A stretch of 64,000 nt of DNA from Chloroflexota bacterium (lineage in GTDB: Bacteria > Chloroflexota > Limnocylindria > Limnocylindrales > CSP1-4). The notes below the pieces were generated by a model. It saw nothing but the letters and a program-made list of their open reading frames with translations. It had not been told where the DNA came from and ran no database searches. Location: NCBI GenBank assembly GCA_003156975.1, contig PMIE01000043.1, forward strand, positions 26,618 to 90,617, given 5' to 3'. Made by a program: the position numbers and the translations under genes. Below are positions 1 through 10,436 of this stretch, piece by piece. Every line of letters begins with the position of its first letter. Position 1 is the first letter of the stretch.

Positions 1-452
1 TCGCGCTCCCAGTCCCAAGCCATGCCAACAGATCTCGTTTCGGCCTCCAGATACATCGAGACCGTCGCCATCCCAAACCCGAAGCGCTGGTAGATGGCGC
101 CTTCGGCCGCCCACAACGCAGCCAGCGGCTCGCCACGGCTGTGGCAGTCGTCGATCATCAGCCGCATCATCCCGCTCATCAGGCCGCGGCGACGGTGCGA
201 AGGCAGGACCGCGACGAAGGTGACGCCGCCGGTTGGGAGATTGCCGCCCGGCACGCTCATGCGCATCGTGAAGACACCGCTCGTGCCGACAATGCGATCG
301 CCATCGAAGGCCGCGAGCCAGCGCTCCTTGTCCGCCCCGCGCTCAACCCGGCCGATCATGTCGTCGGACAGGTCCTCGCTGAACCCGATCTCACTGACCC
401 TAAGCAGTTCAACGAACCGCTCCGGCGGGCAAACTCGAATCTCAACGCTCAT
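1..452 (-). CDS. GNAT family N-acetyltransferase (partial; C-terminus runs off the window start)
   Basis: Reverse translation from the ATG at 452 reads MSVEIRVCPPERFVELLRVSEIGFSEDLSDDMIGRVERGADKERWLAAFDGDRIVGTSGVFTMRMSVPGGNLPTGGVTFVAVLPSHRRRGLMSGMMRLMIDDCHSRGEPLAALWAAEGAIYQRFGFG, which is GNAT/Eis-like acetyl-CoA binding sequence. It is missing from the ORF track only because it is truncated by the window edge. Confidence 0.6.
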   Translation of the reverse strand, partial: MSVEIRVCPPERFVELLRVSEIGFSEDLSDDMIGRVERGADKERWLAAFDGDRIVGTSGVFTMRMSVPGGNLPTGGVTFVAVLPSHRRRGLMSGMMRLMIDDCHSRGEPLAALWAAEGAIYQRFGFGMATVSMYLEAETRSVGMAWDWER

Positions 453-587
453 GGCGTCATGGTCGCAGAAACGACCCTTGCGTGGTAGCAGACCACCCGT
501 TTGGGGAAGTGCCCGACTGCATTGCCGCGGCGATATGCTTGCGACCGCGCCGCAACTCGTCATCTGGCGCCATATTGGGAGACCTGG

Positions 588-1028
588 ATGGATCCGCGTA
601 ACCGGCGACAGTCGGCACTTCGCCTGATTGGGGCTTCCCTGGTCGTGATCGCGCTGGCATTCGCCAGCTACGGCTGCGGGGCCGACATACCGCGCGGGAA
701 GATCATCTTCTCTAAGGACGTCCCGACATTGGACGGGAAATGCTCACCCGCCAACCCGGTGACATCGGTCGCCGCCACGGACGCCGTCTACGCGACCTAC
801 GTCTTCAAGGCGAGGCCGGGCAGCGAGACTCTTACGCTCTCCGTCACCAAGGACGGTGCGGCGTGGGGCTCGACAGTCGACATTCCTTCGACCAACACGA
901 ACGGCAAGGACTGCCTCGGAGACAGCGACAACTATGCCTCCATCACCGGATGGGGACCGGGCGCCTATCACATGTCGATCAAGAATGGCGACTCTGTCGT
1001 CGCCGAGGGCGATCTGACAGTCAAGTAA
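588..1028 (+). CDS. hypothetical secreted protein/lipoprotein
   Basis: An internal ATG at 588 gives MDPRNRRQSALRLIGASLVVIALAFASYGCGAD, a signal peptide with a possible lipobox Cys. The downstream sequence is beta-rich. The 5' part of ORF 501..1028 is probably not coding. Confidence 0.45.
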   Translation: MDPRNRRQSALRLIGASLVVIALAFASYGCGADIPRGKIIFSKDVPTLDGKCSPANPVTSVAATDAVYATYVFKARPGSETLTLSVTKDGAAWGSTVDIPSTNTNGKDCLGDSDNYASITGWGPGAYHMSIKNGDSVVAEGDLTVK

Positions 1029-1079
1029 CTGCCCGTTGAGGCCGAAACGCGGCCGGCAGACAGCGCGCCATGTCTCGGT

Positions 1080-1103
1080 AGGCCGGCGCAGTCATACGCC
1101 GGC
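1080..1103. terminator. GC-rich hairpin between convergent genes (putative bidirectional terminator)
   Basis: ggccggcg-cagtcata-cgccggcc forms a perfect 8-bp stem followed by gcgtttctatgtgtg. It is nested inside a longer inverted repeat (ccgaaacgcggccggc ... gccggccgcgtttc). Confidence 0.35.
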
Positions 1104-1110
1104 CGCGTTT

Positions 1111-2067
1111 CTATGTGTGCGCGCGGAGCCAATCCACGATGCCAGCGACCACTTTCGGTCCCTCCGGCTCGTTGAGCGACTCGTGCCGCAGGTTCGGTAG
1201 CACGCGCCGTTCGACGCCAGGCAGCGCCGCGAGGGTCTCGCTGCCGGCGGTCGGGACGAGCGTGTCCGCTCCTCCGTGGATCACGAGCGTGGGGACGTTG
1301 AGCCGGGCGAACTGCGAGCGAGCCCGCTTCATCGCGCCGAAGAGCTGCGCGCCGAGGCGGGCCGTGGAGCGCGGCTGAACCAGCGGATCGGCAAAGTAGG
1401 CAACCCCAACGGCCGGGTCGTGAGCGAGTTGGTCACCCGAAATGGGGTTGGCTATCACCACGGTCGGAGCCACGACGCCCAGAACCGGAGCGAAGACCCG
1501 TTGCCATCCCGGCACCACAGCCTGGAGTGGCGGGGCGCTCAGCACCAGTAGATCCGGCGCCGGTCGACCGGAACAAGCATAGGTGAGGGCGATCAGCGCC
1601 CCCATCGAATGCCCGAAGAGGACCATCGGCACGCCGGGCTCCCTCATCGCCGCCAGCCTGACCTCGACGTCATCCAGAAAGTCATCCCAGCGCCGAACGT
1701 ATACGCGTCGCCCGCCGGAGAGTCCGTGGCCTCGCAGATCGAATGCCTGGACATCCAGGCCGGCCTCGGACATCAGCCGGGCGGTTCGCTCATAGCGGCC
1801 GCTGTGCTCGCCGATGCCGTGGACGATCAGCACTCGCGCCCAGGGCTCGCCGGCGGCCGGCCAGTGGCGGACGTGTAGCGGGGTTCCGTCGGCAGCAGGC
1901 CATTTCGATCGGGGCGGGCGCACCTCGAGCGGGGCCGCAGATCCGGAAGCGGTCTCAGTCGGAACCGCCATGTTGGCTCCTCCTCCGGACACCGGTTGGT
2001 GCCTCCGCAACATCTTAGCCCCACCGCGGGGCCGCCCGGCGGAATCGAAAACGAGGCCGCGTGGCAA
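1111..2067 (-). CDS. alpha/beta hydrolase (lysophospholipase/monoacylglycerol lipase-like)
   Basis: HGIGEHSGRYERTARLMSEAGLDVQAFDLRGHGLSGG is followed by the nucleophile elbow GHSMGALIALTYA. The start may instead be the internal MAVPTE. Confidence 0.8.
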   Translation of the reverse strand: MPRGLVFDSAGRPRGGAKMLRRHQPVSGGGANMAVPTETASGSAAPLEVRPPRSKWPAADGTPLHVRHWPAAGEPWARVLIVHGIGEHSGRYERTARLMSEAGLDVQAFDLRGHGLSGGRRVYVRRWDDFLDDVEVRLAAMREPGVPMVLFGHSMGALIALTYACSGRPAPDLLVLSAPPLQAVVPGWQRVFAPVLGVVAPTVVIANPISGDQLAHDPAVGVAYFADPLVQPRSTARLGAQLFGAMKRARSQFARLNVPTLVIHGGADTLVPTAGSETLAALPGVERRVLPNLRHESLNEPEGPKVVAGIVDWLRAHT

Positions 2068-2148
2068 GCATGCAGCCCCGTTACGATCGACGGCTTCAGG
2101 CCGCGGAGCGCCCGAATGATCCGGCGGACCTCCATCCGCGGGGTGCGG

Positions 2149-2544
2149 CTACTCCCCGGTCCGCTCCAGGAAGTCGAGAGAGGCGGAGTTGATGCAGTAG
2201 CGCAAGCCGGTCGGCTGCGGCCCATCGTCGAAGAGGTGGCCCAGATGCGCGCCGCAGTTTGCGCACACGACTTCGGTTCGAGTCATGCCGGCGCTGTTGT
2301 CCGGGCGCGTGAGAACCTTCGACTTGCCGACGACATCGGAGAAGCTCGGCCAGCCACAGTGCGCGTCGAACTTGTCCGTCGACTCAAAGAGCACGTCGCC
2401 GCACACGACGCACCGATATGCGCCTGCGGAGCGGGTGTCCCAGTAGGCGCCGGTAAAGGGCCGCTCGGTTGCGGCCTCTTGAGTCACCGCGAACTGGAGT
2501 GGAGTGAGCCGCCGGCGGAGCGCTTCGACGTCATTGGTCTTCAT
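2149..2544 (-). CDS. msrB: peptide-methionine (R)-S-oxide reductase MsrB
   Basis: A 131-aa protein with the CVVCG...[16 protein letters not shown] SelR/MsrB zinc and catalytic motifs. Its start overlaps the upstream stop as ATGA. Confidence 0.9.
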   Translation of the reverse strand: MKTNDVEALRRRLTPLQFAVTQEAATERPFTGAYWDTRSAGAYRCVVCGDVLFESTDKFDAHCGWPSFSDVVGKSKVLTRPDNSAGMTRTEVVCANCGAHLGHLFDDGPQPTGLRYCINSASLDFLERTGE

Positions 2545-3494
2545 GCGTCCGCTCCTCCCGAGCGCATGGCCTTGATCAACTCACCGACTCGCGCCACTGC
2601 CTCGGGCGTCCGATGCGTGGCGTTACGGAAGATGAAACCGCCGAAGCCCGCGTCCAGGTATCGACCAAGAATGTCGGCGCCCTCCGACACGGTGACCGGA
2701 GCCACCGTCCCTCGCCGATCCTCGGGGATATGGGCTAGGAATGCGGCCTTGTCTCGCTCTGACTCGACGACCACGACCGGCACCGCGACGGTGCGCAGAA
2801 TCTCGGCCGGGTCGCGACCTATCGCCTCGCAATGCCGGTCCAGCACCTCGAGCTTGGCGGAAGCTTCCTCCAGGCTGCCGAACCAGTTTGTGATATCCGC
2901 GAATTGCGCCGCCACCTTGAGCGTCCGCTTCTCGCCACCGCCGCCGACGAGGATCTTCGGGCCGCCTCTCCGGATCGACCGCGGCACGTTCAGCGCCCGG
3001 TCGATTCGGTAGTAGGACCCGGTGAAGCTCGGCCGCTCCTCGGTGAACATCGCCCGAACGATCGCCAGCGCCTCCTCGAGCATGTCTTCGCGCAGGCCGA
3101 TCGGCGGAAACTCGAAGCCGTAGCCCTGGTGCTCGGACTCATTCCAGGCTGCGCCGATCCCGAGCACAGCGCGCCCCTTGGAGATCACGTCGAGAGTGGT
3201 GACGATCTTGGCCAGCATCGCGGGATTGCGATAGGTGACGCCGCTGACCATCGTCCCGAGCAGGACTCGCTCCGTCTTCACGGCCAGAGCTCCGAGAGTC
3301 GTGTACGCCTCGAGCATCGGCTCGTCCTCAGAGCCCACCACCCCGATCTGGTAGAAGTGGTCCATCACGGTGACCAGGTCGAACCCGGCATTCTCGGCCG
3401 CCTGGGCCAACTCGACCACTCGATCGAAGAGGCCAACTTCGGGCGCGCCCTGGAACGTGAAGCTGGGCATGTGATAGCCGAAGAAGGGTCGCAT
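2541..3494 (-). CDS. LLM class F420-dependent oxidoreductase (luciferase-like monooxygenase family)
   Basis: A 317-aa protein with a TIM-barrel LLM signature (DHFYQIG..., [39 protein letters not shown]). Confidence 0.85.
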   Translation of the reverse strand: MRPFFGYHMPSFTFQGAPEVGLFDRVVELAQAAENAGFDLVTVMDHFYQIGVVGSEDEPMLEAYTTLGALAVKTERVLLGTMVSGVTYRNPAMLAKIVTTLDVISKGRAVLGIGAAWNESEHQGYGFEFPPIGLREDMLEEALAIVRAMFTEERPSFTGSYYRIDRALNVPRSIRRGGPKILVGGGGEKRTLKVAAQFADITNWFGSLEEASAKLEVLDRHCEAIGRDPAEILRTVAVPVVVVESERDKAAFLAHIPEDRRGTVAPVTVSEGADILGRYLDAGFGGFIFRNATHRTPEAVARVGELIKAMRSGGADA

Positions 3495-3627
3495 TCCGCT
3501 CGATCTCCTGGCTGGGGTTGGTCGCTTCGGGACGGCTCAGACGCCGTCGGACACTACGACGCTAGCACGACGCATGGATGCCGTCGCCGCGCCGGCATCA
3601 CGGTTCCGTGCGATCAGCCTCTGCCGC

Positions 3628-4545
3628 TCACGACTGGTCGAGGTGCATCCCAGCCTGGGGCTTTGAGGCGAGCGGATCGGCGGGAGTTTCGGCGGCCTCG
3701 GTCGCGACCGGGGCGATGGGAGGCGCAGCCGAAGCCGGTGGCGCAGCCGCCAGTTCCTCGCCCGACTTGGGAGCCTGCTGCGGAACTTCCGTCGGCACCA
3801 GTCCGATCGGCGTCGGAGCGGCCGGAGTGGCGAGATCCTCGGAGCGACGCCTATGGGCCGACAGGATGTGGCAGGCGATGCGTTCCTGGTCGGCCTCGCT
3901 GATCCTGTCGAAGCGGACCGCCACCTTCGAGTACACGGCGGGCGCCTTCTCTGTCGAGCCGGCTGCGGCTGCCGGCCGGCTGCCGTTCGCCGGCATGTCC
4001 GGGTCTTCGATTCGGACGATCGTGCCTCCGGCAACCACGATCTCGCGGGATGAAAGCACCATGGCCACCCTGAGCTGCTCGCCAAAGAGCAGCGGCATGT
4101 CCGTGAGGAACTGGACGCCGCCGGCACCGATGTTGACGGTGCGGCCGCTGCCCATCTTCTCGGTGCCCAGGCTCCCCATGGCGCGAATGCGGACCACCCG
4201 GTCCAGGTCCACTCGAACGTGCGCCCGACGCATCGCCGTCTCGACGCCCTGCGGCCGCCTGACCGCAAAGACGCGCGACTTCTCCATGCCCGAGCGGCTG
4301 CCGCCGCCCAATCGTCGGACGAAGGCGCTCTCGATGACCAGAGCCCCGTCTCGCTCGAGCGTGAGGTGTATCAGCTGGCCTTCGATGAGGCTGAGCAGCC
4401 GCGGCTCGGGGAGGCGGGTGGCCAGCCAGAGTTCGGTGGCGAGGACGTTCGTGACGAAGACCGGCAACGCAATGGGGGCGCCGTCGATCTCCGTCTCGAC
4501 GACGAGCTCCTCATGAACCGACAGTTCCTTCGGGTCGGTCGCCAT
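3628..4545 (-). CDS. PilZ domain c-di-GMP receptor (YcgR-like: PilZN plus PilZ, with a Pro/Ala-rich tail)
   Basis: It carries the canonical c-di-GMP binding motifs RRAHVR (RxxxR) and NIGAGGVQF (D/NxSxGG). The N-terminal ~110 aa resemble a YcgR-N domain. It lies directly downstream of the EAL gene. Confidence 0.8.
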   Translation of the reverse strand: MATDPKELSVHEELVVETEIDGAPIALPVFVTNVLATELWLATRLPEPRLLSLIEGQLIHLTLERDGALVIESAFVRRLGGGSRSGMEKSRVFAVRRPQGVETAMRRAHVRVDLDRVVRIRAMGSLGTEKMGSGRTVNIGAGGVQFLTDMPLLFGEQLRVAMVLSSREIVVAGGTIVRIEDPDMPANGSRPAAAAGSTEKAPAVYSKVAVRFDRISEADQERIACHILSAHRRRSEDLATPAAPTPIGLVPTEVPQQAPKSGEELAAAPPASAAPPIAPVATEAAETPADPLASKPQAGMHLDQS

Positions 4546-4776
4546 CTAGGGGCTCACTGCCGCTTCGACTGATACGGCGGACATTGGAAGCGGGACGTCA
4601 GAGGCGTCGGCCTTCGATCGGCCTGCTGCTCTGCCTATCACGCTGATCCACCCCCTTGACCCGATTTTCGCCCAACTGCGACCGGCCGCATATTTGGAAT
4701 CGGCGGCCAGCCCATTCCAGTTTAGAACCACAACCCGAGGCGATGTCCCCGATCCGGGATCCTCGATCCGCCCGCC

Positions 4777-7233
4777 CTAGGCGGCCTCTCGGCGCCGCCT
4801 TCGTTTGGTGGATCGACCGAGCGCTCGATCGAGCTCGGCCGAATCCGCCGCCCAGGCTGCAATCGGCGCAGGCCTGGCCAGGTAGTAGCCCTGGCCGTAC
4901 TCCACCTTCAGCAACTTCAGCGTGGTCATTTCATTCTCCGTCTCGATCCCCTCGGCGATGAGTGCGCATCCGACGCTTTCTGCGAAACGGCACATTCCGG
5001 TAACCATTGCCTGCCGAGCCGGGTCGCTGTCGATGTTTCGAACCAGCGAGATATCCAGCTTTACGTACTGCGGCCGCAACTCCAGGATGTGGCGCAGCCC
5101 GGCGTAGCCGGCGCCGGCATCGTCTACGGCAAGCATGGCGTGGGATCGAACCTGGTCCAGGACCGCCATGAGTCGCGAGTAATCCTCGATCTCCGCATGC
5201 TCGGTGACTTCCAGCACGACCGGCCGATCGACCCTTGCCAGCACATCGAGCAGCGGCATCAGGCCTATTGCGAGCGCGGGCGAGACATTCAGGCTCACAA
5301 AGGTTCCTGCCGGCAGCCACTTTGCCTGCTCGACCTGGGCGTTGAGGCAGGCCTTCTCGAGCTGGACCATCATGCCCACCCTGTCGGCCGCAAGGAAGCG
5401 GAGGTCTGGTCGAGTTCCATCGTCGAATCGCGTCAGCGCCTCGAAGCCGACGTACTTGCGCGTGGTCAGTTCGACGATTGGCTGGAAGACTGGGGTGAAT
5501 GCCCGAAAGGCGATGACTTCCTTGACTTCTGCCTGCAGCGTTTCGCGTTGCCAGCGTTCCGACAGCATCGGCCCAAGGACGGCGGCCGACATGACGCTGA
5601 ACTCAGTCAGGGTCGCGAGCCGATCCGAGAGGCGGCTCGCGTGAGTGGGCGACGTGGCGCCCATCGACAGAAGGCCGATCGGCATGTCGTTCCAGATAAG
5701 TGGCGCGAGCGCTTCGGCCTGCAGACCCGAGGCGATCGTCGCCCGATCGAAATCGTCGCGCGGCACCCGGCCAGTCCACGATTCCAGCCACAAGCCGAAT
5801 TCCGCATGCTCCATGAGCTCGCGGCCGTTGCTGTCGGGGATCGGCTCCCCCACCGCCGCCAGCCGACAGGTCGACCCGCCCACAGCTATGGGCATGACGC
5901 CGATCGGGCTGAAGGCGTAGAGGACCACTGCGTCAATGCCATCGATACGCAACGCTTCTGAGCAGACCCGTTGGGCCGTCTCCTCGATTGTCGGCGCCGC
6001 CTCCAGGCGGGCCAGGGACACGGTCGTGGCAGCTCGCTCGCTCATCTCGGTGGTCAACCGCTCCGAGGCGGAGCGGGCTCGGCCCTGCAAGACCCTGAGC
6101 CGGACAACTGCGAGAAGGACCACCGCGCAGGTGCCGACCGCGATGGGGTCAATCTCGAGCGGCCGAGAGCGCGGCATCACGTCGAGAATCGCGCACCCAA
6201 CGATGGCTACGATCGGCAGCCACTCCGACGTCGCCCGGGCAAGACGGTCGTAGCGCCGTCCTCCACCACGCCCCAGGCTCCAGGTGGCGCCGCCAAATGC
6301 GGTGATCAGCGCCCCTGCCGGGAAAATGAAATCCAACGGTTCGATGCCGTCCGGCTTTCCGGACAAGATCCGCCCGATCAAGCCGTCCCAGGCCAGGGCG
6401 AGCAGGACGATGCCGGCGGTCACGGCCCACACGCCCCTACTCGACGGTTCGATCCGGAGAGAAATGGCGGCCACTGCGGACGCGGCCGCGCTGGCGAAGA
6501 AGAGCACCGAGACGAGAGGGACGAAGAGGTTGGCGGTGGGGTCGGCGAAGAGCGCGGCCACCTGGCTCCCCGGCATAAGGCTCTGGTTCATCCAGTTTGC
6601 GAGCACGAAGGTCGTCGATGCGGCAACTATCAGGAGACCGTCGAGAGTGACCGTCCGCCGAGCCTCACCCTCCAGCTGGCGATACAGGACGGTCATGAGG
6701 GTGACAACCCCCAGAACGGCCCCAACCACGTAGCAGACGTCGGATACCGCACGGATTGGGCCGATGGATTGATGGAGCAGGTCCGGCAGGGCGGCGATCA
6801 TCTGGCCGATGGCGGTCAGACCCAGGGCGATGGCCAACGCACGCCGCAGCCTGCGATGTTGCTGTTCACCGCGTGACGCAGCCAGGGCCACCGCAATGGC
6901 CGCGAAAGTGGGCGCTACCACCGCGGAGACGTCCTCGAACAGCAGCCAGTAGTTGCGAGGGTTGAGGATCTCGAGCACCGCTGCCATTGCGGTAATGGCG
7001 AGCCCAACGGTCAGCGTGCCCAGGCCCGGCCGGTTGGCGTACCCGGCCTTCAGCGCGAATGCATAGCCCCGAACGCAATTCCGGGCGCCCAGGACATGCC
7101 TGCCCGCGACCAGACGGCCTTCCGCCCGGAGGTTCACGCGGCCGTTCCTGCCCGACCGGCTCGGTCGTGGCGGCATTCGCTTGCCTGGTCGGCTCGTTCC
7201 ATGTCTACTCGCTACTGGGATACCGCCGCTCAC
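4777..7233 (-). CDS. membrane sensor c-di-GMP phosphodiesterase (polytopic TM region plus EAL domain)
   Basis: The C-terminal EAL domain shows VFQPIVELTT...YVGFEALTRF...QYVKLDISLVRNIDSDP...IAEGIETENE...QGYYLARP. The N-terminal ~350 aa contain many predicted TM helices. The start could lie downstream of 7233. Confidence 0.8.
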   Translation of the reverse strand: MSGGIPVASRHGTSRPGKRMPPRPSRSGRNGRVNLRAEGRLVAGRHVLGARNCVRGYAFALKAGYANRPGLGTLTVGLAITAMAAVLEILNPRNYWLLFEDVSAVVAPTFAAIAVALAASRGEQQHRRLRRALAIALGLTAIGQMIAALPDLLHQSIGPIRAVSDVCYVVGAVLGVVTLMTVLYRQLEGEARRTVTLDGLLIVAASTTFVLANWMNQSLMPGSQVAALFADPTANLFVPLVSVLFFASAAASAVAAISLRIEPSSRGVWAVTAGIVLLALAWDGLIGRILSGKPDGIEPLDFIFPAGALITAFGGATWSLGRGGGRRYDRLARATSEWLPIVAIVGCAILDVMPRSRPLEIDPIAVGTCAVVLLAVVRLRVLQGRARSASERLTTEMSERAATTVSLARLEAAPTIEETAQRVCSEALRIDGIDAVVLYAFSPIGVMPIAVGGSTCRLAAVGEPIPDSNGRELMEHAEFGLWLESWTGRVPRDDFDRATIASGLQAEALAPLIWNDMPIGLLSMGATSPTHASRLSDRLATLTEFSVMSAAVLGPMLSERWQRETLQAEVKEVIAFRAFTPVFQPIVELTTRKYVGFEALTRFDDGTRPDLRFLAADRVGMMVQLEKACLNAQVEQAKWLPAGTFVSLNVSPALAIGLMPLLDVLARVDRPVVLEVTEHAEIEDYSRLMAVLDQVRSHAMLAVDDAGAGYAGLRHILELRPQYVKLDISLVRNIDSDPARQAMVTGMCRFAESVGCALIAEGIETENEMTTLKLLKVEYGQGYYLARPAPIAAWAADSAELDRALGRSTKRRRRREAA

Positions 7234-7393
7234 AGGCTCCCGGCGCCTGGCGCGCGACTCAATCGGCGCAGGCGACCGCTACAGCGCGACCACCTGCCTT
7301 CTAGGTATCGGTCGGACTGTGCCGGTAGCCGGCCGTAGGTATCCACATTTGCCGCGGATTAGGTACCGTAGGACCACCGACTATGGAGGTCCA

Positions 7394-8515
7394 ATGCGCC
7401 CGCGAGACTTCGCCCTCGAACGGTTCTTTGCTCGTTGGGAATTCGCCGCCGAGCTTCTCTTGTGCGCCTCCGATGTGGAAGGCTGGGCGATGAGCGACGT
7501 GCTGGCGCTGGCCGACGAGAGCGACCGGCGGCGCTGGCAGGATCTGCACCTCGGCTATACCGAATCGCCTGGAGACCCGGCCCTGCGGGCTGCTATTTCG
7601 GGGCTGTACGAGCACGTCAATGCGGACGAAGTTCTGGTGTTCTCGGGCGCCGAGGAGGCGATCTTCGCCCTCCACAACGTCCTGCTTGCACCCGGCGACC
7701 ATGCAGTGGTGGTCAGACCGGCGTACCAGTCGCTGGCGGAAGTCGCGGTCGCGGCAGGCGCCGAAGTCACGCGCGTGGACCTTCGCGAATCCGACGGCTG
7801 GCGCCTGGATGTCGAGGATGTCCGAGCCGCCCTTCGGCCGAACACGAGGCTCATCCAACTCAACGAGCCGCACAATCCAACGGGCGCGCTGAGCGACCGG
7901 CCGACCTTCGACCGGCTCGTCTCGCTGGCGGCGGAAGCCGGCGCGCACCTGATCGTAGACGAGGTATACCGGTTCCTCGAGTTCGATCCCGCCGACCGAC
8001 TTCCGGCCGGTGCCGACGCTATGGCGACGGGCGTCAGCATCGGTGTCATGTCGAAGTCGTTCGCCCTGGCCGGCCTGCGCATCGGCTGGGTGGCGACTCG
8101 AGACCACGAACTGCTAGCGCGCCTGGCCGCGTTCAAGGACTACACCACGATCTGCAACTCGGCCCCGGCAGAGGTGCTGGCGCTGATCGCTCTCAAGGCC
8201 CGGGACCACGTCCTGATGCGAAATCGGGCCATCGTGACGGCCAACCTGCGGCAGCTGGATGTCTTCTTCGACCGCTGGAGGGGAACCTTCGAGTGGGTCC
8301 GACCGCGGGGCGGGAGCATCGGCTATCCCCGTCTCCTGGCGGACGTACCGATCGATCGCTTTGCCGAGGATCTCGTTCGCGAGACGGGCGTCCTCATTTT
8401 GCCGGGCACGGTCTTCGCCGATGCGGGGAACCACTTCCGCATCGGCTTCGGCCGGACGAACATGCCCGTGGCGCTCGATCGGCTGGAGCAGTACGCGGCC
8501 CGGACGCTGCGGTAG
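7394..8515 (+). CDS. PLP-dependent aminotransferase, class I/II
   Basis: The ATG at 7394 is preceded by GGAGG 4 nt upstream. Motifs include LNEPHNPTGA and SKSFALAGLRIGW (the PLP-lysine region). The 5' 213 nt of ORF 7181.. are not supported. Confidence 0.85.
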   Translation: MRPRDFALERFFARWEFAAELLLCASDVEGWAMSDVLALADESDRRRWQDLHLGYTESPGDPALRAAISGLYEHVNADEVLVFSGAEEAIFALHNVLLAPGDHAVVVRPAYQSLAEVAVAAGAEVTRVDLRESDGWRLDVEDVRAALRPNTRLIQLNEPHNPTGALSDRPTFDRLVSLAAEAGAHLIVDEVYRFLEFDPADRLPAGADAMATGVSIGVMSKSFALAGLRIGWVATRDHELLARLAAFKDYTTICNSAPAEVLALIALKARDHVLMRNRAIVTANLRQLDVFFDRWRGTFEWVRPRGGSIGYPRLLADVPIDRFAEDLVRETGVLILPGTVFADAGNHFRIGFGRTNMPVALDRLEQYAARTLR

Positions 8516-8629
8516 GCGGGCACGAGGCCGGCCGCACAAACAGCCCTTCGGCAGCCACCGGCGCCACTACTATTCAAGTAGCAGGTGCCTTCCGCACCTC
8601 GTTCGAACCGGTCACATGGAGGTTCGGAG

Positions 8630-9625
8630 ATGGCTTCTGGCTTCGGTCTCGGCTTCTTGGGCGGTCGCACCGGGTCGGCCCCGTCTCCCTTCGACGCCCT
8701 GGACGGCCCGCGCCTGGCCGGCCCGGAAGGCAGTCATCCGCTCCACTCGGTCGCGGCCGAGGAACTCCTCCGACCGACCGACGGCGCCGTGACAGGCGAG
8801 CTGGCTCTGGACAACCCGGCGCGGGTCGGCGACGGAATCACGGGCCACATTCGCCTCACGGCAAGCCAGGCCTTTGCCGCACGAAAGGGTTATCTGCGCC
8901 TGGTTGGGCTCCGGCTGGACGAGGTTCGCCGTTCGGAGGAGCACCGCAACTCGAAGGGCGAAGTCGAGTGGACCGAGAACTGGGTCGAGACGAGCGGCAA
9001 CCTGTTCTCGCATGACGAGTTCCTCGAGCCGCCCATTCCAACGGAACTCCAACCCGGCCAGGTCTGGGAATCTGCCTTCGCCATTCCAGCTCCGCCGCTC
9101 GGCCCGCCTTCGGCCCATCTCGGCGAATCGATCATCGCCTGGGCCCTTGAAGTCCGCTGGGACATCCCGATGGGTTCCGACCACTTCGTGGCCTTCTACC
9201 TGCCGCTGGCCCAGCACCCGGATCTATTGCGGGCGGGCGTCGGCAAGCAAGGCGGAGCGAGCCTCATGGCCAGCATCGCAGCCGGCGACGGCTCGATCAA
9301 CGTGACGTCGCCCCTGCCGGCACCGTCCGGCCAGGAATTGCTGGTCACCGCCAACTGGCCGGCCGCTCCCCAGGGGCAGGGCGCGCGCATCGAGCTGCAT
9401 CGCCGCACCAACGCCCCCAACGGCGTTGAGGGCATCATCGCCTCGATGCCGGTGGCCCTCGCGGACCTGGTGAAAGGCTCCGCGCAGGCGCAACTGCTCG
9501 TGCCGCCCGGCTCCGCTCCCTCGTTCGACGGGGCGGGTCTGGAGATCGACTACATCATTCGCGTCCTGGTCGACATCCGCTTCCGCCCCGACGCAGCCAT
9601 CGAGCGGCCGGTCGGCATCGTCTAG
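8630..9625 (+). CDS. hypothetical protein (possibly arrestin/Spo0M-like beta-sandwich)
   Basis: The ATG at 8630 follows GGAGG with 8-nt spacing. Composition is balanced and two beta-rich halves are visible. No diagnostic motif was recognised. Confidence 0.5.
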   Translation: MASGFGLGFLGGRTGSAPSPFDALDGPRLAGPEGSHPLHSVAAEELLRPTDGAVTGELALDNPARVGDGITGHIRLTASQAFAARKGYLRLVGLRLDEVRRSEEHRNSKGEVEWTENWVETSGNLFSHDEFLEPPIPTELQPGQVWESAFAIPAPPLGPPSAHLGESIIAWALEVRWDIPMGSDHFVAFYLPLAQHPDLLRAGVGKQGGASLMASIAAGDGSINVTSPLPAPSGQELLVTANWPAAPQGQGARIELHRRTNAPNGVEGIIASMPVALADLVKGSAQAQLLVPPGSAPSFDGAGLEIDYIIRVLVDIRFRPDAAIERPVGIV

Positions 9626-9836
9626 CGGGCGCCGCAAGACCGGCGTCCGGCAACGGCCGTCGAGCGACCTCGCCCGGCGGCCATTCTGTCTCCGAGCGAG
9701 GTTTCATCCTCGCCGGCGCGCTCGATCCGGCCTAGTGTCGGTCATGAAGCGGCGCCGGGATATCAGACAGATATCGCCTTGAGGCGCCGCGCCTCGACTG
9801 AGCGAATCCGGCTCGAGTCGAAGGAGGAGCTTCCAC

Positions 9837-10436
9837 ATGCCCAGTGCAGCACTGATCATCGCCGCGGTGGTGATCGTAGCCATCCTGACCCTGGTCGCAT
9901 GGTCTTCTGCCAGACGGCGTCGGACCGAGGGGCTGCGGCACAGCGCGCGGCTCCAGGAGCAATTCGGGTCGGAATACGATCGGACCCTGGCAGAGACGGG
10001 TGACGCCCGCAGCGCGGAGGCCGAATTGACGGCCCGGCAGGAGCGCGTCTCGGGGTTCGACATCAGGCACCTCGCGGACGACGAGGGCAAGCGCTTCGAC
10101 GACGAGTGGCTGGTCGTGAAGGCGAGCTTCGTGGACGATCCGTCTACGGCAGTCCGCGATGCCGACGCACTGCTCGGTCGGGTCATGTTGGCCCGCGGGT
10201 ATCCGGTCGCCGATTTCGAGCAGCGATCGGCCGACATCTCGGTGGATCACTCGCCGGTCCTCGCCCACTACCGGGCCGCTCATGAGATCGCGCTTCGTGA
10301 CGCCCAGGGTCAGGCGACCACGGAAGATCTGCGCCAGGCCGTCATCAGTTCACACGTCCTGTTCAGCGAGCTGGTGGAGAATCTCGTGCCGGTTGAGGTC
10401 GTCGCGGAGACGCCGGTTCTGGTCGCCGCACAGTAG
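9837..10436 (+). CDS. hypothetical membrane-anchored protein
   Basis: A strong RBS (AAGGAGGAG) precedes the ATG. There is an N-terminal TM helix ([18 protein letters not shown]) followed by a charged helical ectodomain or cytoplasmic domain. Confidence 0.6.
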   Translation: MPSAALIIAAVVIVAILTLVAWSSARRRRTEGLRHSARLQEQFGSEYDRTLAETGDARSAEAELTARQERVSGFDIRHLADDEGKRFDDEWLVVKASFVDDPSTAVRDADALLGRVMLARGYPVADFEQRSADISVDHSPVLAHYRAAHEIALRDAQGQATTEDLRQAVISSHVLFSELVENLVPVEVVAETPVLVAAQ

